Source: Mobula hypostoma (taxonomy: Eukaryota). Taken from it: DNA of 64,000 nt. The DNA is taken from positions 87,236,001-87,300,000 of the forward strand of contig NC_086097.1 of NCBI RefSeq assembly GCF_963921235.1. Direction: 5' to 3'. Of this stretch, positions 25,501 to 38,272 are shown one piece after another (within the stretch, counting starts at the first letter, position 1; each line of letters opens with the position of its first letter). Below the pieces are notes generated by a model, which was given only the letters and a program-made list of their open reading frames with translations, was not told the origin of the DNA and did no database searches. The position numbers and the translations under genes were made by a program.

Positions 25501-26184
25501 CTATTCTACTCTTGCAAATTTCCACAGATGTACCTCGAAGAGCATTCCAACTGATTCCATCATCATCCGGTAGGGAGGGGCCACTGCACAGGATCGAAAA
25601 GAGCTGCAGAAAATTGCAGACTCAGCCAGCTCCCCAGCAATATGGACATCTTCAAAAGGCAATACCTCTAAAAGGCAGCATCCGTCGTTAAGGTCCTCAA
25701 TTACACAGGGCATACCCTCTTCTTATTGCTACCATCAAGGAGGAGGTACAGGAGCCTGAAGACACACACCCAACATTTTAGGAACAGCTTCTTCCCCTCC
25801 GCTATCAGATTTCAGAATGGACAATGAACCCATGTACACTACCTCACTATTTGTTTTCTTATTTGCTCTTTTTTGCACTATTTGTGTAATTTAATTTAGA
25901 AATAACATATATACAGGTCGACCTTCACTAATCCGACTACCTGTAATCCAGTTCCTTTGATAATCCAGCACTGATTATGCTTAATGTGATCCTTCTGTAA
26001 TTCGGCATTTTCATTAATCCAGCACTCCTCAGGGCCCAGTGGTGCCAGATTAGTGAAGGTCGACCTGTATATTTTTTATTGCAATTTATAGTTTTTTTTA
26101 AATTATGGATTGCAATGTACTGCTGCCACAAAACAACATATTTTGTGACTTATACCAGTGATATTAAACCTGATTCTGATTCTG
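25501..26184 (+). mobile_element. Rex1/Babar LINE 3' end, (CTGATT)n tail, with MITE insertion
   Basis: LANFHRCTSKSIPT, PSRRRYRSLKTHTQHFRNSFFP; tail 'attaaacctgattctgattctga'. Confidence 0.85.
25914..26067. mobile_element. Tc1/mariner (pogo/Tigger-like) MITE
   Basis: Perfect 20-bp TIR CAGGTCGACCTTCACTAATC, TA on both sides. Confidence 0.9.
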
Positions 26185-26826
26185 AAAACCAGACATTTTC
26201 CCACAGCTATGCTCCAGGACAAGCAAAGGACATAGACAATAGGCATGAAGTGAGTATGTAAAGGTGATTAGCTGTTTGTGTGATATTTAACCTAACTTTA
26301 TAAACTTCTTCTTAAATTTGTGTTGACATTTTGATATCCAGATTCAAAGGCTATAAAGTACAACAGGGATAATCAGTGATTGGAGAATGCAGTCCAATGA
26401 ATATATTTCATTAATAACATGGTCAGCAAAGACTTGTATTGTTTCTTTCCCCTTCCTCCCCCTCTTTTCTCTGCTCATCCTGATACACAAATGCTGGCTA
26501 TATAATCGGTGCTAAAGGTCACATTCACTCAGGGTCTTCAAGGAGCAGTCTTTTCAATGAATCAGCACAAGGAACAAAATGTGACATGTCTGCACTTTAT
26601 GCTCATTAAGATAAACTACATGCTTCTGATGCAACTAACAGTGATGACAGAAGCAGGCATTTTTTATTCCAAGAGATATTCTATTTTGCTAGAAAGCAGA
26701 AGGTGGAGAAAGCAAGTGGCTTTGTGACACCATGGTGTAGTGTGTCACTGACAAAATGCATGTTGTTTTGTGAGTGCTAGAAAGCAATTCAGGGATTCAC
26801 CACAGCTAGAAAAGAATTCCACTTCC

Positions 26827-26827
26827 T

Positions 26828-26871
<44 letters not shown>

Positions 26872-26891
26872 ACGCGCATGTGCGTGCACGC
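26827..26891. repeat. (TG)n microsatellite extending into alternating purine-pyrimidine sequence
   Basis: About 19 TG units followed by cacgcgcatgtgcgtgcacgc. Confidence 0.95.
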
Positions 26892-27074
26892 TTGCACATT
26901 ATTATTTAACATCCAAGCAGTTAGGTTGACTTCATTCTACAGGCTGTTTTGCTTGTTATATTCAAAACTCCATGATAAACTAGAGGACTGTTAATAGAAG
27001 ACAAGGCCTTTCCCAAATCACAAACCTCTTGAATCTGATATGCAACGTATGTGTAAGAGATGACATGTAAATAT

Positions 27075-27290
27075 TCATTTACTTATTTAGCGATACAGCA
27101 CGGAGTAGCTTCTTCCACCCCTTCAAATCACACAGCCTCAGCAACTCGCAACAAAAACAATTAACTCTAACCTAATCACGGGACAATTTACAATTAACCT
27201 ACTTTGGGAGGAAACCAGAGCACCTGGGGAAAACCCACACATTCCACAGGTAGTACATAGAGACTCCTTACAGATGGGGCCAGAAATCCA
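27075..27290 (-). mobile_element. V-domain SINE
   Basis: 'ctaatcacgggacaatttacaattaacctactttgggaggaaaccagagcacctggggaaaacccacac'; homologous to 10530-10785. Confidence 0.7.
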
Positions 27291-28299
27291 AAGCTCCCTG
27301 AGCTCTGCTCAAGCAAACAGTGGGCAGGCCCAGACAGTGATTCTCCAACACCGATTGTTTATCCCGTAAACTCCGGAAGAAGTCTGTAGCATTTACCAGA
27401 ATGTGTTTCAAAACTCATGGCAATGTCTTTATGTTGAAAAATCAACCTATCATAAAACCTCAGCTCTTACCACCAATTATTTTGTGGAGGAGAAAAGGAG
27501 AGAAAAACAAGCCGACCCTTTTTCTAGTCAAACTGTCCTTGAACCATTCATCTGACTGTGTTATAAATAAATACACTCCCAATTCCCAGCTGTATATTCC
27601 CTCAGCAGTTAATCATTATCACAATGCCAAAACAAAGTCAAAACAAAATTAAAACCAGACTTACAAAGCAAAGCATGGGATATCCTACAACCAATAAATA
27701 ATCTTTGTGATTGCTGTGATACCTGCCTTCTGCGTGTCTTTTCCTATCCTAGAACTCCTTACCACTGCTAGATCAAACACTGAAAGTGGGCTTACAAGTT
27801 GACCTTGTCCAAGTTTGCACTTCAGTGTCATCTTTGGTCTGCATCTTTATGGCAATAACCTGGACTGTCTGTCTGAGAAGTAACAGCAAAGGGTAATGGG
27901 AATGAGACAGTGGTGTGATTGTGAATGACTTTAGCTTCAGTCATGATTTCTGTTGTTACCTCCTTCTCCCTGTGAAAACATGGCTTGACCTGGGAATTCC
28001 AGTTTTCTCCTTTAAAATGGGTGAAAAGCAAGGTTAATTGAGGATTGTAAACTGCTCCCAGTATGTATGTTAGTTGTAGAATCTGCACCTCTTAGCTCAT
28101 TTACATTTATATAAAGTGACTGAACTGAGAGGGAGTGCCTTCTCTTCTAGACTGCTTCCTCCAGTTCACTCCAGTGTGACTCTTCCTTTGCTGCCTGGCC
28201 CACTGAAATGGAAAATTAGGACTGATGGAAGGGGAACAAGAGATGCACAGATACATCACTTGTAGCTCATATAATCAGTAGACCCTACGTGATACAGAT

Positions 28300-28462
28300 A
28301 ATGTGAGAAGATATTTAAAAGACATTTAGATAGGTACATAGATAGGAAAGTTTTAGGGAATTTGGCAATTGCAGGCAAATGGACTAGCTCAGGTGGACAC
28401 CTTGGTTAGCACGGATGAGGCAGCTGAAGGACCTGTTTCTGATAACCCTATGATTCTACAAC
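28300..28462 (+). mobile_element. CR1 3' end
   Basis: 'atttaaaagacatttagataggtacatagataggaaag...gctgaaggacctgtttc'. Confidence 0.65.
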
Positions 28463-28874
28463 TTAAGAATTAAGAACAAGGAAACTGTCATCGTCAATGA
28501 TCCGGAAGTTGGCCTGAGAACATTAAGGATGACAGTGCCCTTGTACCAATTTATAAGTCATGATTCACTGCTGCAGAAGTGTAAAATAATGTATCCTGAC
28601 CTGACCCTATCACTTCTGAATGTGCATCAAATGGCCCTGCAAAGGAGAGGCAAACTTCATGCAATGTGTTTGGATGATCAGCTGAAATCGTTTCAGGTAA
28701 AATTCAAGTTGCTAAAAACACTAACTATTAAAATATAAAGCACTTGCTCAAACAACTGTTAATTAAGTTTAAATACTAATAAATGTTCAGAGAAATAAAC
28801 ATAAACAAAAAATTAGTTCAATGTACCTTTTCAATGAAGCTTCGTGAACACTATTCAAACAAATATGATGGTGT

Positions 28875-29130
28875 AACACACGAAAATTGCTGCAGGAGCT
28901 GGCCAAGTCAGATAGCTTTTATGGAAGGGAATAAATAGTCGACATTTCAGGCTGAGATCCTCCATGACCCAAAGCATCAACTATTAATTAGTACTAATGA
29001 AGGGTCTCGGCCTGAAAGGTCGATGGTCTATTCACCTCCATAGATGCTGCCAGACTTGCTGAGTTCTTCCAGCATCTTGTGTGTTGTGTGTGTTGCTCAA
29101 AATTTTCAGCAGCTGCAGAATCTCCTCTGC
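28875..29130. mobile_element. Compact inverted pair of Penelope pLTR ends
   Basis: 28875-28970 is the reverse complement of about 28990-29090; hammerhead-like 'ctaatgaagggtctcggcctgaaaggtcga'. Confidence 0.65.
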
Positions 29131-31339
29131 TTAAATATAGTGAATCCAACCATTTTCATTTAGTAAGTTATAGAATTCATGGTGTGAGAGATCAGATCTT
29201 TGTGCATCTGACCTCCAATACATTTTCCACATCAAAACGTCAGTTAAGATCGATATCTGCACCCAGCTGGAAGCCCGAAAAGAGTTTATTTGTCATAAAT
29301 GCTGGAAAAGCACTAGATCCTTTTCCCAATAAAATTGTATCTTTTTTAATGAGACTTGTGAAACCAAAATGAATTTCAGAAATTTTTTTTCACAGGCTCA
29401 GTTGCAAGTCTGCTTGTAATTTCCTAGAATCAGACTGTGTTAGCTTCTGTGACTATAGTACAAGGACAGAACCTCACACAATCCAATTCTAGGAAACTGC
29501 CCTGAAACTTGGTGATGGGATAAGTAAACATCACTGAAGAGAAAAGACAGCACAACTATCTTTTGTTTCCCAGCATTCCAATGAGAATTGCTTCATTTTG
29601 CTTCAATGTTTTCTATTCAAGTTATATATTAAGGTCATTTACTGAACTTTATTTTAACAACAGTTTTTATCAGTTTGACTAAATAGAGACATTCCCTTAA
29701 CTATCAAGGTCTGATAAAGCATCAATTATCTGGCTGGTTTGAGGCAGATAAGCACAGTGAGATGGAGAACAAGATGGAATTTTGTCATGGTTACCTGAAA
29801 AATCTTTTCCTTTTCATTCAACGCCAGTTTACAATGAGCCTAAAACAAGCTTGAAAGAAGATCACTATTGTCAATGTATCATACATATCGGCAGATTTCT
29901 CAGCTCCTTGTGTCTGTTGCTTTATTGAAACTCTTAAAAGTGAGCATTTGCCACACATTGTTTAGTGTATTCAGATGCTGGCGAGTCAGTTCTTGACCCT
30001 CAGGCAAATGGCACAAAGCTTGGAGAATGGAACAATTTGTTGTTCTTTTTCTTTCTATTCTTCACATGCATAGTTTGTTAGTATCCCACCAATTTTTAGT
30101 GCATTACCATGTCTCACAAAATTTTCACATCCAAGAGTGAAAGGAAGTGACTGATTCGCTTTTTCTTTTGTTGTGAGGGGAGCTGATTTATATGACTGTC
30201 AGTGTGAGATAGCCGAGCTCTTGTTCAAATAACTGATGTCAGAAGAACATGAATGTTTGCCAAGAAGCCAGTGTTATCTCCTCACTGATCTAATGAAACA
30301 TTGCTAATAGAATAAGTAGTTTCTGAGAAAGTATTTAACACAATTACAGTTATTATCAATAGGCTACATTGAGCAAGAAATTCTATCCCTCCAGTTAGAT
30401 TGGTTATAAAGTTAGGTATTGCAATGTGAGGTATTAAACTTTGAACATGAGTTACTCTTTTTCTGTGTAGTTCAATCACAATTTTATTGAAAGGGTAGGG
30501 CTCTTCTACAGCAGAATGACTGCATTGAATATTTAATCGTACAAGCAGTCAACTCTAGACTTTTTCCCCTTTTTACGCCAATGTTGCTTTTCATTGTAGT
30601 TTATGTTACTGCTTTCATTCATTATTGTTTTTTTTTCAATTGACTCAACTGAGTATTATTTTTTTCCCAGTTTCATTGCAGAGACTTGTTTGTCTACTTT
30701 TGGCTGACTCATCCATTACTTGTCTCTCTGAGACAGACTAGGACTCTTGATATAGGCAATCAGGAATCCTAATCTAGTGGATAATTTGACTGGGTTTTAC
30801 AGGGGTATATTAATGTGTCATTTGACTGGATAATCTTACTTTCTTGCTGTTTTGTTGAACTCAGATTGGCCTTTAAGTTTAGTTGTGCAAGTGAAAAGAA
30901 ATGTAAAACTTTTAGTTAGTGTTATTTATAACACTGTTTGGTATAGCTTGGCTCGTAGCGAGCTTGGCTAGTAGCGAATTTAGCACAGAGTTAGGAAAGT
31001 GGTGGAGTTAAGCTCTACTGCGGTAACTCGGGGAAGGAAATCCAAGTTGACACCAGGAGTGTTTTTCTGTCTTTTTTGAAAACTGCTGTGACAAAGCTCA
31101 GAGTGGAGTGGTTTTCTCAGGAGACTGCTGTCAGTATTAAGGCAATGTGATCCACTCACCAGAGCTGGTTGAACATAATCTAAGCCTTGCTGCTGGAGGT
31201 AAAGGCCCGCAAAGGATTTGACTGTGGTTCACCTATCTGGACAATGATATCAAGGATTCTGAAGTTTGAAGGGATTACTTTGGATGAAGTACAAAATCTC
31301 CACAAGCACCTAATGAAATACAGCAACTGGCGTGCCTTC

Positions 31340-33428
31340 TGCGTGCCAGCAGCTATATTCCATTAGGAGTATGAGGAGATTTTGTATGTCACCAAAGACT
31401 CAAGCAGTTTTGGAGATGCACCATGGTTGCATCACTGAATGCTGTGGAGGGGCCACTGCACAGTATCAAGTAAGGTTGCAGAAGGTTGTAAACTCAGCCA
31501 TGGGCACTAGCCTTCCCCATGATCAAGGACATCATCAAAAGATGGGATTCATCCTTAAAAGGACATGACCTTTCATTATTACTACCATCAGAGAGGAGGT
31601 ATAGGATCCTGATGACACACACGCAGCATTTTAGTAACAGCTTCCTTCCCTTCGCCATCAGATTTCTGATTGTACAATGAACCCATGAACACTTCCTCAG
31701 TATTTTTGCTTTTTTTTGTTCCTACTTATTTAATATACTATATACAGTATAAATATAGATATATACAGGTTTCCCTGCCATCCAAAGGTAGAGCGTTCCT
31801 ATGAAACGGTTCATAAGCCGAAATGTCATAAAGCAAAGAAGCAATTACCATTTATTTATATGGGAAAACTTTGTGAGCGTTCGCAGACCCAAAAATAACC
31901 TACCAAATCATGCCAAATAACACATAAAACCTAAAATAACAGTAACATATAGTAAAAGCAGGAATGATATGATAAATACACAGCCTATATAAGGTAGAAA
32001 TACTTTTCCACAATCATTGCCTGAACTGTTCTCCGTAGTGAAAATCTCAGGCAAGCACTCTCGGCAGAAACACGCGCAAGCGCCGTTGGAAAAAAAAAGC
32101 GCAAGCGCTCTCCAGTAACCTTTAAGCTATGAAGCTGCCAAATCATACCAGTTAACACGTAAAAATACACAGCCTATATAAAGTAGAAATAATATATGTA
32201 CAGTGTAGTATCACTTATGGGAATCAGGAAGACACTGAGCACACTGACGATGGTGTGTTAGGCTGAGTCGTCGGAGTTGGGGTGGTGCAGTGGTCCCACC
32301 CTTCGGGCAGCGAATCAATACCGATCCGCGAAGAATGCAGCGGTAGCCAGGAGGCACACAGCACATCTTTAAGAAAAAAGCCGAAGTAAATATGTTAATT
32401 AATTAGGTGCCGCCCGGCGTGTAAATGTCGGCCCAGATCAGAGGGGATGGCCGATTGTGTCGCCTCTGATCTGGGCCGACAATTACGTAACGGGTGGCAC
32501 CTAATTAATTAGCATGTTTATTTCGGCTTTTTTCTTAAAGATGTGCTGTGTGCCTCCCGGCTACCGCTGCATTCTCCGTGAATCGGTATCTGTCCGCGGC
32601 CTGGAGGTTAGGGTGGTGGGACACTAGGGTGTCATCTCATCGTCGATCAGGGCAGGCAGGTCATCTTCTTCAATGTCTGCTTGCCTCAATATTGAAGGTT
32701 GAGGTTTGTCATCTGCTATGGCTGATGTGGAAGTCTTGAAAAATGACAGTATGCTTGACTGCTGAGCCTCGCGCATTTTTCTATCATACAGTTCTTTGTA
32801 AGCACTCAAACCATCTTGCACATATGCCATGAACCTACGTACCCTTTCAAAATTAAAGTCGTACTTTATTATTACTCATTCGGTTTCGATTGTTATCTTT
32901 TCCTCTTCCAATTGCATCAGCTCTTCATCTATCAGTTCTTGGTCATGGGATGCCAAAACCTCTTCAACATCATCTTCGTCTACTTCCACAAGCCAAACTC
33001 ACTTTGTCCTTACTTCATTCACCACGATCGAAACGCTTAATTACGTCTAGTTTTACGCTAAGTGTAACACCCTTACAAGCTCTTTCAGGCTTTTCCGATA
33101 CCTTAGAACTCATCTTGCTCGCAGGCACGTGTTTAAGCAATGGCTGCGAGAATGCCGTTCCGAATCCGGGTCAGAGCGGCTGTTCGGGGCGAGCGCTGAT
33201 TTTTTTTTCGTGCGCTGCTTTTTTCATAACAGTGAAAACACTTTCTGTTAGCGAAAACAGGGAACTAATGTAGGTCTTTCGTAACAGTGAGTTTTTGTAA
33301 AGTGAACGTTCGAAAAGCGGGGGACACCTGTATATAGTAATTTTTAGTGCATGTTATGAATTGCACTGTACTGCTGCTGCAAAACAACAATTTTCAAGAC
33401 AGATAATAAACCTGATTTTGATTCTGAT
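31340..33428 (+). mobile_element. Rex1/Babar 3' end split by a Tigger insertion
   Basis: QQLYSIRSMRRFCMSPKT; LPSERRYRILMTHTQHFSNSFLP; tail 'aataaacctgattttgattctga' resumes after 33330. Confidence 0.8.
31766..33330 (-). mobile_element. Internally deleted Tigger/pogo DNA transposon
   Basis: TA-flanked imperfect TIRs CAGGT(T/G)TCCC; minus relic MSSKVSEKPERACKGVTLSVKLDVIKRFDRGE joined to C-terminal VDEDDVEEVLASHDQELIDEELMQLE...LSAYKELYDRK..QSSILSFFK; no DDE core seen. Confidence 0.88.
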
Positions 33429-33691
33429 GCTGTAGGTTGTCTCAGAAGAGTCCAAGAGAAAAGAAATCACTGCTCCTTAGTAGACCAGAGAATGATATCA
33501 GATTTGACGTGTTGATCTGTAGGGTTCTTTATCTCCACTGGGTGTCTCATTGAAGGCAGAGGTGCAACTGGTTATCGATGTCTCCCATCACTGAGAGGTG
33601 GTCGCTAAGAGATTGAAATTGATCCACTGGATTTTGATCTGGATTACCAGATGACATTCAGGGGCATTTTGATGGAAGACAGTCTTTAAAG

Positions 33692-34790
33692 CTCAGGCAA
33701 CACACACAAAAAATGGTGGTGAACGCAGCAGGCCAGGCAGCACCTATAGGAAGAGGTACAGTCGACGTTTCGGGCCGAGACCCTTCGTCAGGACTAACTG
33801 AAAGAAGAGATAGTAAGAGATTTGAAAGTGGGGGGGAAGGGATGGAGCTAAGAGCTGGAAAGTTGATTGGCAAAAGGGATATGAGGCTGGAGAAGGGAGA
33901 GGATCATGGGACGGGTGGCCTAGGGAGAAAGAAAGGGGGAGGGGAGCCCAGAGGATGGGCAAGGGGTTATAGCAAAAGAGACAGAGGGAGAAAAAAGAGA
34001 GAGAAAATAATAAATAAATAAATAAATCGATAGATACGGGATTGGGTATGAAGGGGAGGTGGGGCATTAACAGAAGTTAGAGAAGTCAATGTTCACCATC
34101 AGGTTGGAGGCTACCCAGACAGAATATAAGGTGTCGTTCCTCCAACCTGAGTTTGGAGGTTGGAGGCACAACACCTTATATTCCATCTGGGTAGCCTCCA
34201 ACCTGATGGCATGAACACTGACACGCAGGTTGGAGGAACAACACCATATGTTCCGTCTGGGTAGCCTCTAACCTGGAGGCATGAACTCTGACTTCTCTAA
34301 CTTCCGTTAATGCCCCACCTCCCCTTCGTACCGCATCCTTATTTATTTATTTATTTATTTGTTTGTTTGTTTGTTTGTTTGTTTGTTTATTTCTCTCTCT
34401 CTCTCTCTCTCTTTTTTTTCTCCCTCTGTCCCTTTCATTATATCTCCTTGCCCATCCTCTGGGCTCCCCTCCCCCTTTCTTTCTCCCTAGGCCTCTCGTC
34501 CCGTGATCCTCTCCCTTCTCCAGCCTCGTATTCCTTTTGCCAATCAACTTTCCAGTTCTTAGCTCCATCCCTCCCCTCCTGTCTTCCCCTATCATTTCAG
34601 ATCTCCCCCTCCCCCTCCCACTTTCAAATCTCTTACTATCTCTTCTTTCAGTTAGTCCTGACAAAGGGTCTCAGCCAGAAACGTTGACTGTACCTCTTCC
34701 TATCGATGCTGCCTGGCCTGCGGCGTTCACCAGCACTTTTTGTGCGTGTTGCTTGAATTTCCAGCATCTGCAGATTTCCTTGTGTTTGCG
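33692..34790. mobile_element. Penelope inverted-repeat (fold-back) insertion
   Basis: 33692-34150 is the reverse complement of about 34228-34755; both arms encode the GIY-YIG tail RLEEQHxxFRLGSLQP; a tandem duplication of about 65 bp at the centre. Confidence 0.9.
33759..33796 (-). ncRNA. Minimal type I hammerhead ribozyme motif (PLE-associated)
   Basis: UAGUC-CUGACGA-A-GGGU CUCG GCCC-GAAAC-GUC-GACUG: core boxes intact, stem I UAGUC/GACUG, palindromic ACGU stem III. Confidence 0.75.
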
Positions 34791-35299
34791 TATTCAAACT
34801 CCAACTTTTTTCACACTACAGTGAAGAAGTTATGAGTTCGAACTCCATCATTGATTAAGTACATATTTAAAAATTGTCCTGTGAAATGTAAACCAATAAC
34901 TGAGGCTGGGGCAATGGTGATGCTGGATTGGAGATGACAAAGGCTGAAAAGTTTCTTGTTCAAATGGTAAATTAACTTTATTTCAGGTTGTGCAGAATTG
35001 CAGTGAGAAATATTAGGAGTGTTGGTACATTGAAACAACCTTGCACACCATTGGAACTGGATTTGTGGTAGGCTAGTTGGTTGGGATCAGACAAGAGAAA
35101 ATCTGCAGATGCTGGAAATCTGATCAAAACACACATAATGCCGGAGGAACTCAGCAGGCCAGCTAGTATCTATGGAAAAGAGTACAGGTCGACATTTAGT
35201 TGGGAGCAATGCTTTTTTGCCATACTTTATCAAACATTGAATATAATGAATTTCTGAGGGCAGCTTAATTTGTTATGGTTTCTCCTCAGTAGCCAGAAT

Positions 35300-36160
35300 G
35301 GAAATCTTTTGTAAAGTCAGTAAAGGTTTGTGTACAGTGGTTGAGTTCTTCATTTTTTCAAATATTTCATCGGACACAGTGAAGACATCGATTGTACCTC
35401 TTGATGGATTGAATCCGCATTGAACCTCTAGGAGATATATTTCTGCCATGGGTGGGGTAGTTGAAAAGAATCATGTTAATGACTTTCCTTGTGGTTGATC
35501 CTTGCCCTTAAAGTTCTCCCCCTCTTGAAGATAGTCACATTCATGGCACCTGCAGCATGCCACGCTTCCCAGGTGAGATGAGGCTATGGATTTGCTCCAG
35601 AAGCACTTCTTCAACATGTTTTTGTATTTCATCTGAAAAGTTGTTCAGTCGAGAAGTCTGGCTGTTATTCAGCTATTGGATGACCTTTTCCAATTTCATT
35701 CCAGGTTGCGGTGATACAAAGAATCATGAGGATAGTGCACTGTGGGGTGAAGTAAAAGATGTTTGTATCAAAGGCAGAGTCTAGGCTGAGAAGATCTTTA
35801 TAGTGCTTCTTCCAATGGGCACTGATTGTCATTGATAAGCTCTCATCAGTTCTTGGCTCTCTATGAGATGCGGCAATGGGTATCTGAGCCATGGCCTGGT
35901 AAAACCATAGATGTCATGATTGTCAGTTATTTTCTGAATCTTGTATGCTTGTTCTATCTACCATCTGTTCTTTAGGTTATGGTTCTTTTTGTTGGACTTT
36001 TGCCTTCAGATGTAGACCTATTTTTCCACATGGAAGCATAATGATGTTTCCAGTCCAAAAAAAAAAGCCTTCAATTTTAGTTTCTGAATTACCTGGTAAA
36101 GTCAGGAGTCTATTGACAGATGCTGATAATGGTAGACTTCAGAGAAGACCAGGCACTGCA
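35300..36160 (-). mobile_element. Highly degenerate RTE-clade LINE fragment
   Basis: ISAHWKKHYKDLLSLDSAFD, VTIFKRG and QCGFNPSRGTIDVF-like relics. Confidence 0.6.
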
Positions 36161-37359
36161 GATATCCTGTGGATCCCATTGATTGTGTAGTAAATGAAAG
36201 AAGTGTATGTGTTCCCCAAATTGTAATATCAACTATACTTAAAAATATTTCACTGACTTTGGGAAACCTTACCATTGTGTAGGTCACTACAAAAATATAA
36301 CTTCCTTTTACATGAAATATCCATAGAATAAATAATTACTCCTATTGTACAGTACAAAGTAGATTCTGAAACAAACTGAAATACCAAGGAAAATGTCACA
36401 AAGAAATAAATGTCTCTCTCTTGGATACGTTAGAGTCAAAGACATACTGCTGAAACACCTCATAGCCAAAACTGGGTCAAGGGCCATCTGAAAATACAAC
36501 AAATAAATCTTGAAAATCATGTCTGTTTATACAAAGTTACCAGATATGAAACCAACCAAAAATTTACTACCATAAATAACAAACAATTCAATTAGACTGA
36601 TTTACCACTGTCAATGTTCCACTGAGACTGCTGGGGGATCTGAACAATTCAGACATTTCCCTGCTAAACTGAGGAAATGGAAAAATGAAGTTACTTAGGG
36701 AAAGAAATCATTGCAAGATGCCCGGGCAATGCCAAGTTTGTAATAGAATCCCAGAAGAGCATTGAATGGTTACAGTGCAGAAGGAGGCAAGTCAGCCTGT
36801 TGTCCCTGTGCCAGCTATCTACTTGAAGCATGCAGTAAAGAAGGGTGGTATTCTTTGCCTGTAACAAGCAATGTGTCCAACTTTAACCATCTGTTCAAAT
36901 CTATTTTGTAAGTTAGTTTTGGACGAATGCCTAAAAGAAAAGCCCATCATCTCTTCATCTGTTACTTTTCACATTTAATCTGGTTATAAATCTACCTGTC
37001 ACTAAATATGTCAAAGGGTCTAAGGCACTAGAGTCATCCTGAATCCCATAAATCCTAAAACTGCGATGGATATTTTGGGTTCATCAAGCTTCACAGAGTG
37101 CAATGAAATGGTTAACCACTGAGAAGTGTAAAAGCTTCTCTGAACCGTCAGATGGATACTAAGGTCATTTGTAAATAGTTGGTAGCCAGGAGAGCTCTTC
37201 CATATTAATAATATATTTTTAATGTTGTTTTGATGTTATTTTAAATTCATTAAAGATCATGCTTTCTTTGACTCTGATGTCAGATGTGGCTCACAGAGTA
37301 GATTTCTCTCCTCTCCATCATTGGTTTTGGGTTGAAGAGATAAAATATTCCTTTGTGAA

Positions 37360-38272
37360 TCAGCATATAGGAGGGAGATTGAGCATCTGGCTGAATCGTA
37401 CCACAACAATAACCTCTCAATTTCAGTAAAATCAAAGAGCTGATTAGTGACTACAGGTAGAGGAAACTAGAGGTCCATGAGCTGGTCCTCATCAGGGGAT
37501 CAGAGGTGGAAAGAGACAGCAACTTTAAATTCATCTGTGTTTTCATTTCAGAAGATCTATGCTGGGTCCAACATGTAACTGCCATTACAAAGAAGGCACA
37601 GCAGTGCCTCTACTTTCTTACAAATTTGCACAACTTCAGCCTGCCACTTTCATAGAGGCATGTTGGAGAGTATACTGACTGGTTGCATCACGGCCAGGTA
37701 TGGAAACAAAAATGCCCTTGAATGGGAAAAGACCTACCATAATTAGTCGATGCAACCCAGTCCATCACAGGAAAAGCCCTCCTTACCATTGAGCACATCT
37801 ACATAGAACAGAGTCACAGGAAATAGCATCCATCCTCAAGGAACCCCCCCATCCAGGCCATGCTCTTTTCTCTTTGCTACCATCAAGAAGAAAGTTCGGG
37901 ATCCTTAAATCCCATACACCAGATTCAGGAACAGTTATTACCCCACAATCCATCAGACTCTTGAACCAGAGGGGATAACTTCAATCACCCTAACACTGAA
38001 ATGATTCCACAAACTCTGGGCTCTCTTTTAAGTACTCTGCAACTTGTGTTCTTGGTATTTATTGCTTGTTTATCATCCTTTTTCTTTGCTCTTTCTATTT
38101 GCACAGTTTGTTATCTGTTGTACTTGGTTATTTGTACATCTCTGTCATATGTGACTTTTCATGTTGTGTTTCTTTCTATTTACTGTGAATGCCTGCAAGA
38201 AAATGAATCTCAGGGTAGTATATGGTGCCGTATATGTACTTTGATAATAAATTTATTTTGAATTTAGAACTT
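37360..38272 (+). mobile_element. Rex1/Babar LINE 3' part
   Basis: IEHLAESYHNNNLS..KIKELISDYR, TKKAQQCLYFL, HPGHALFSLLPS; tail 'tttgataataaatttattttgaatttagaacttt'. Confidence 0.85.
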
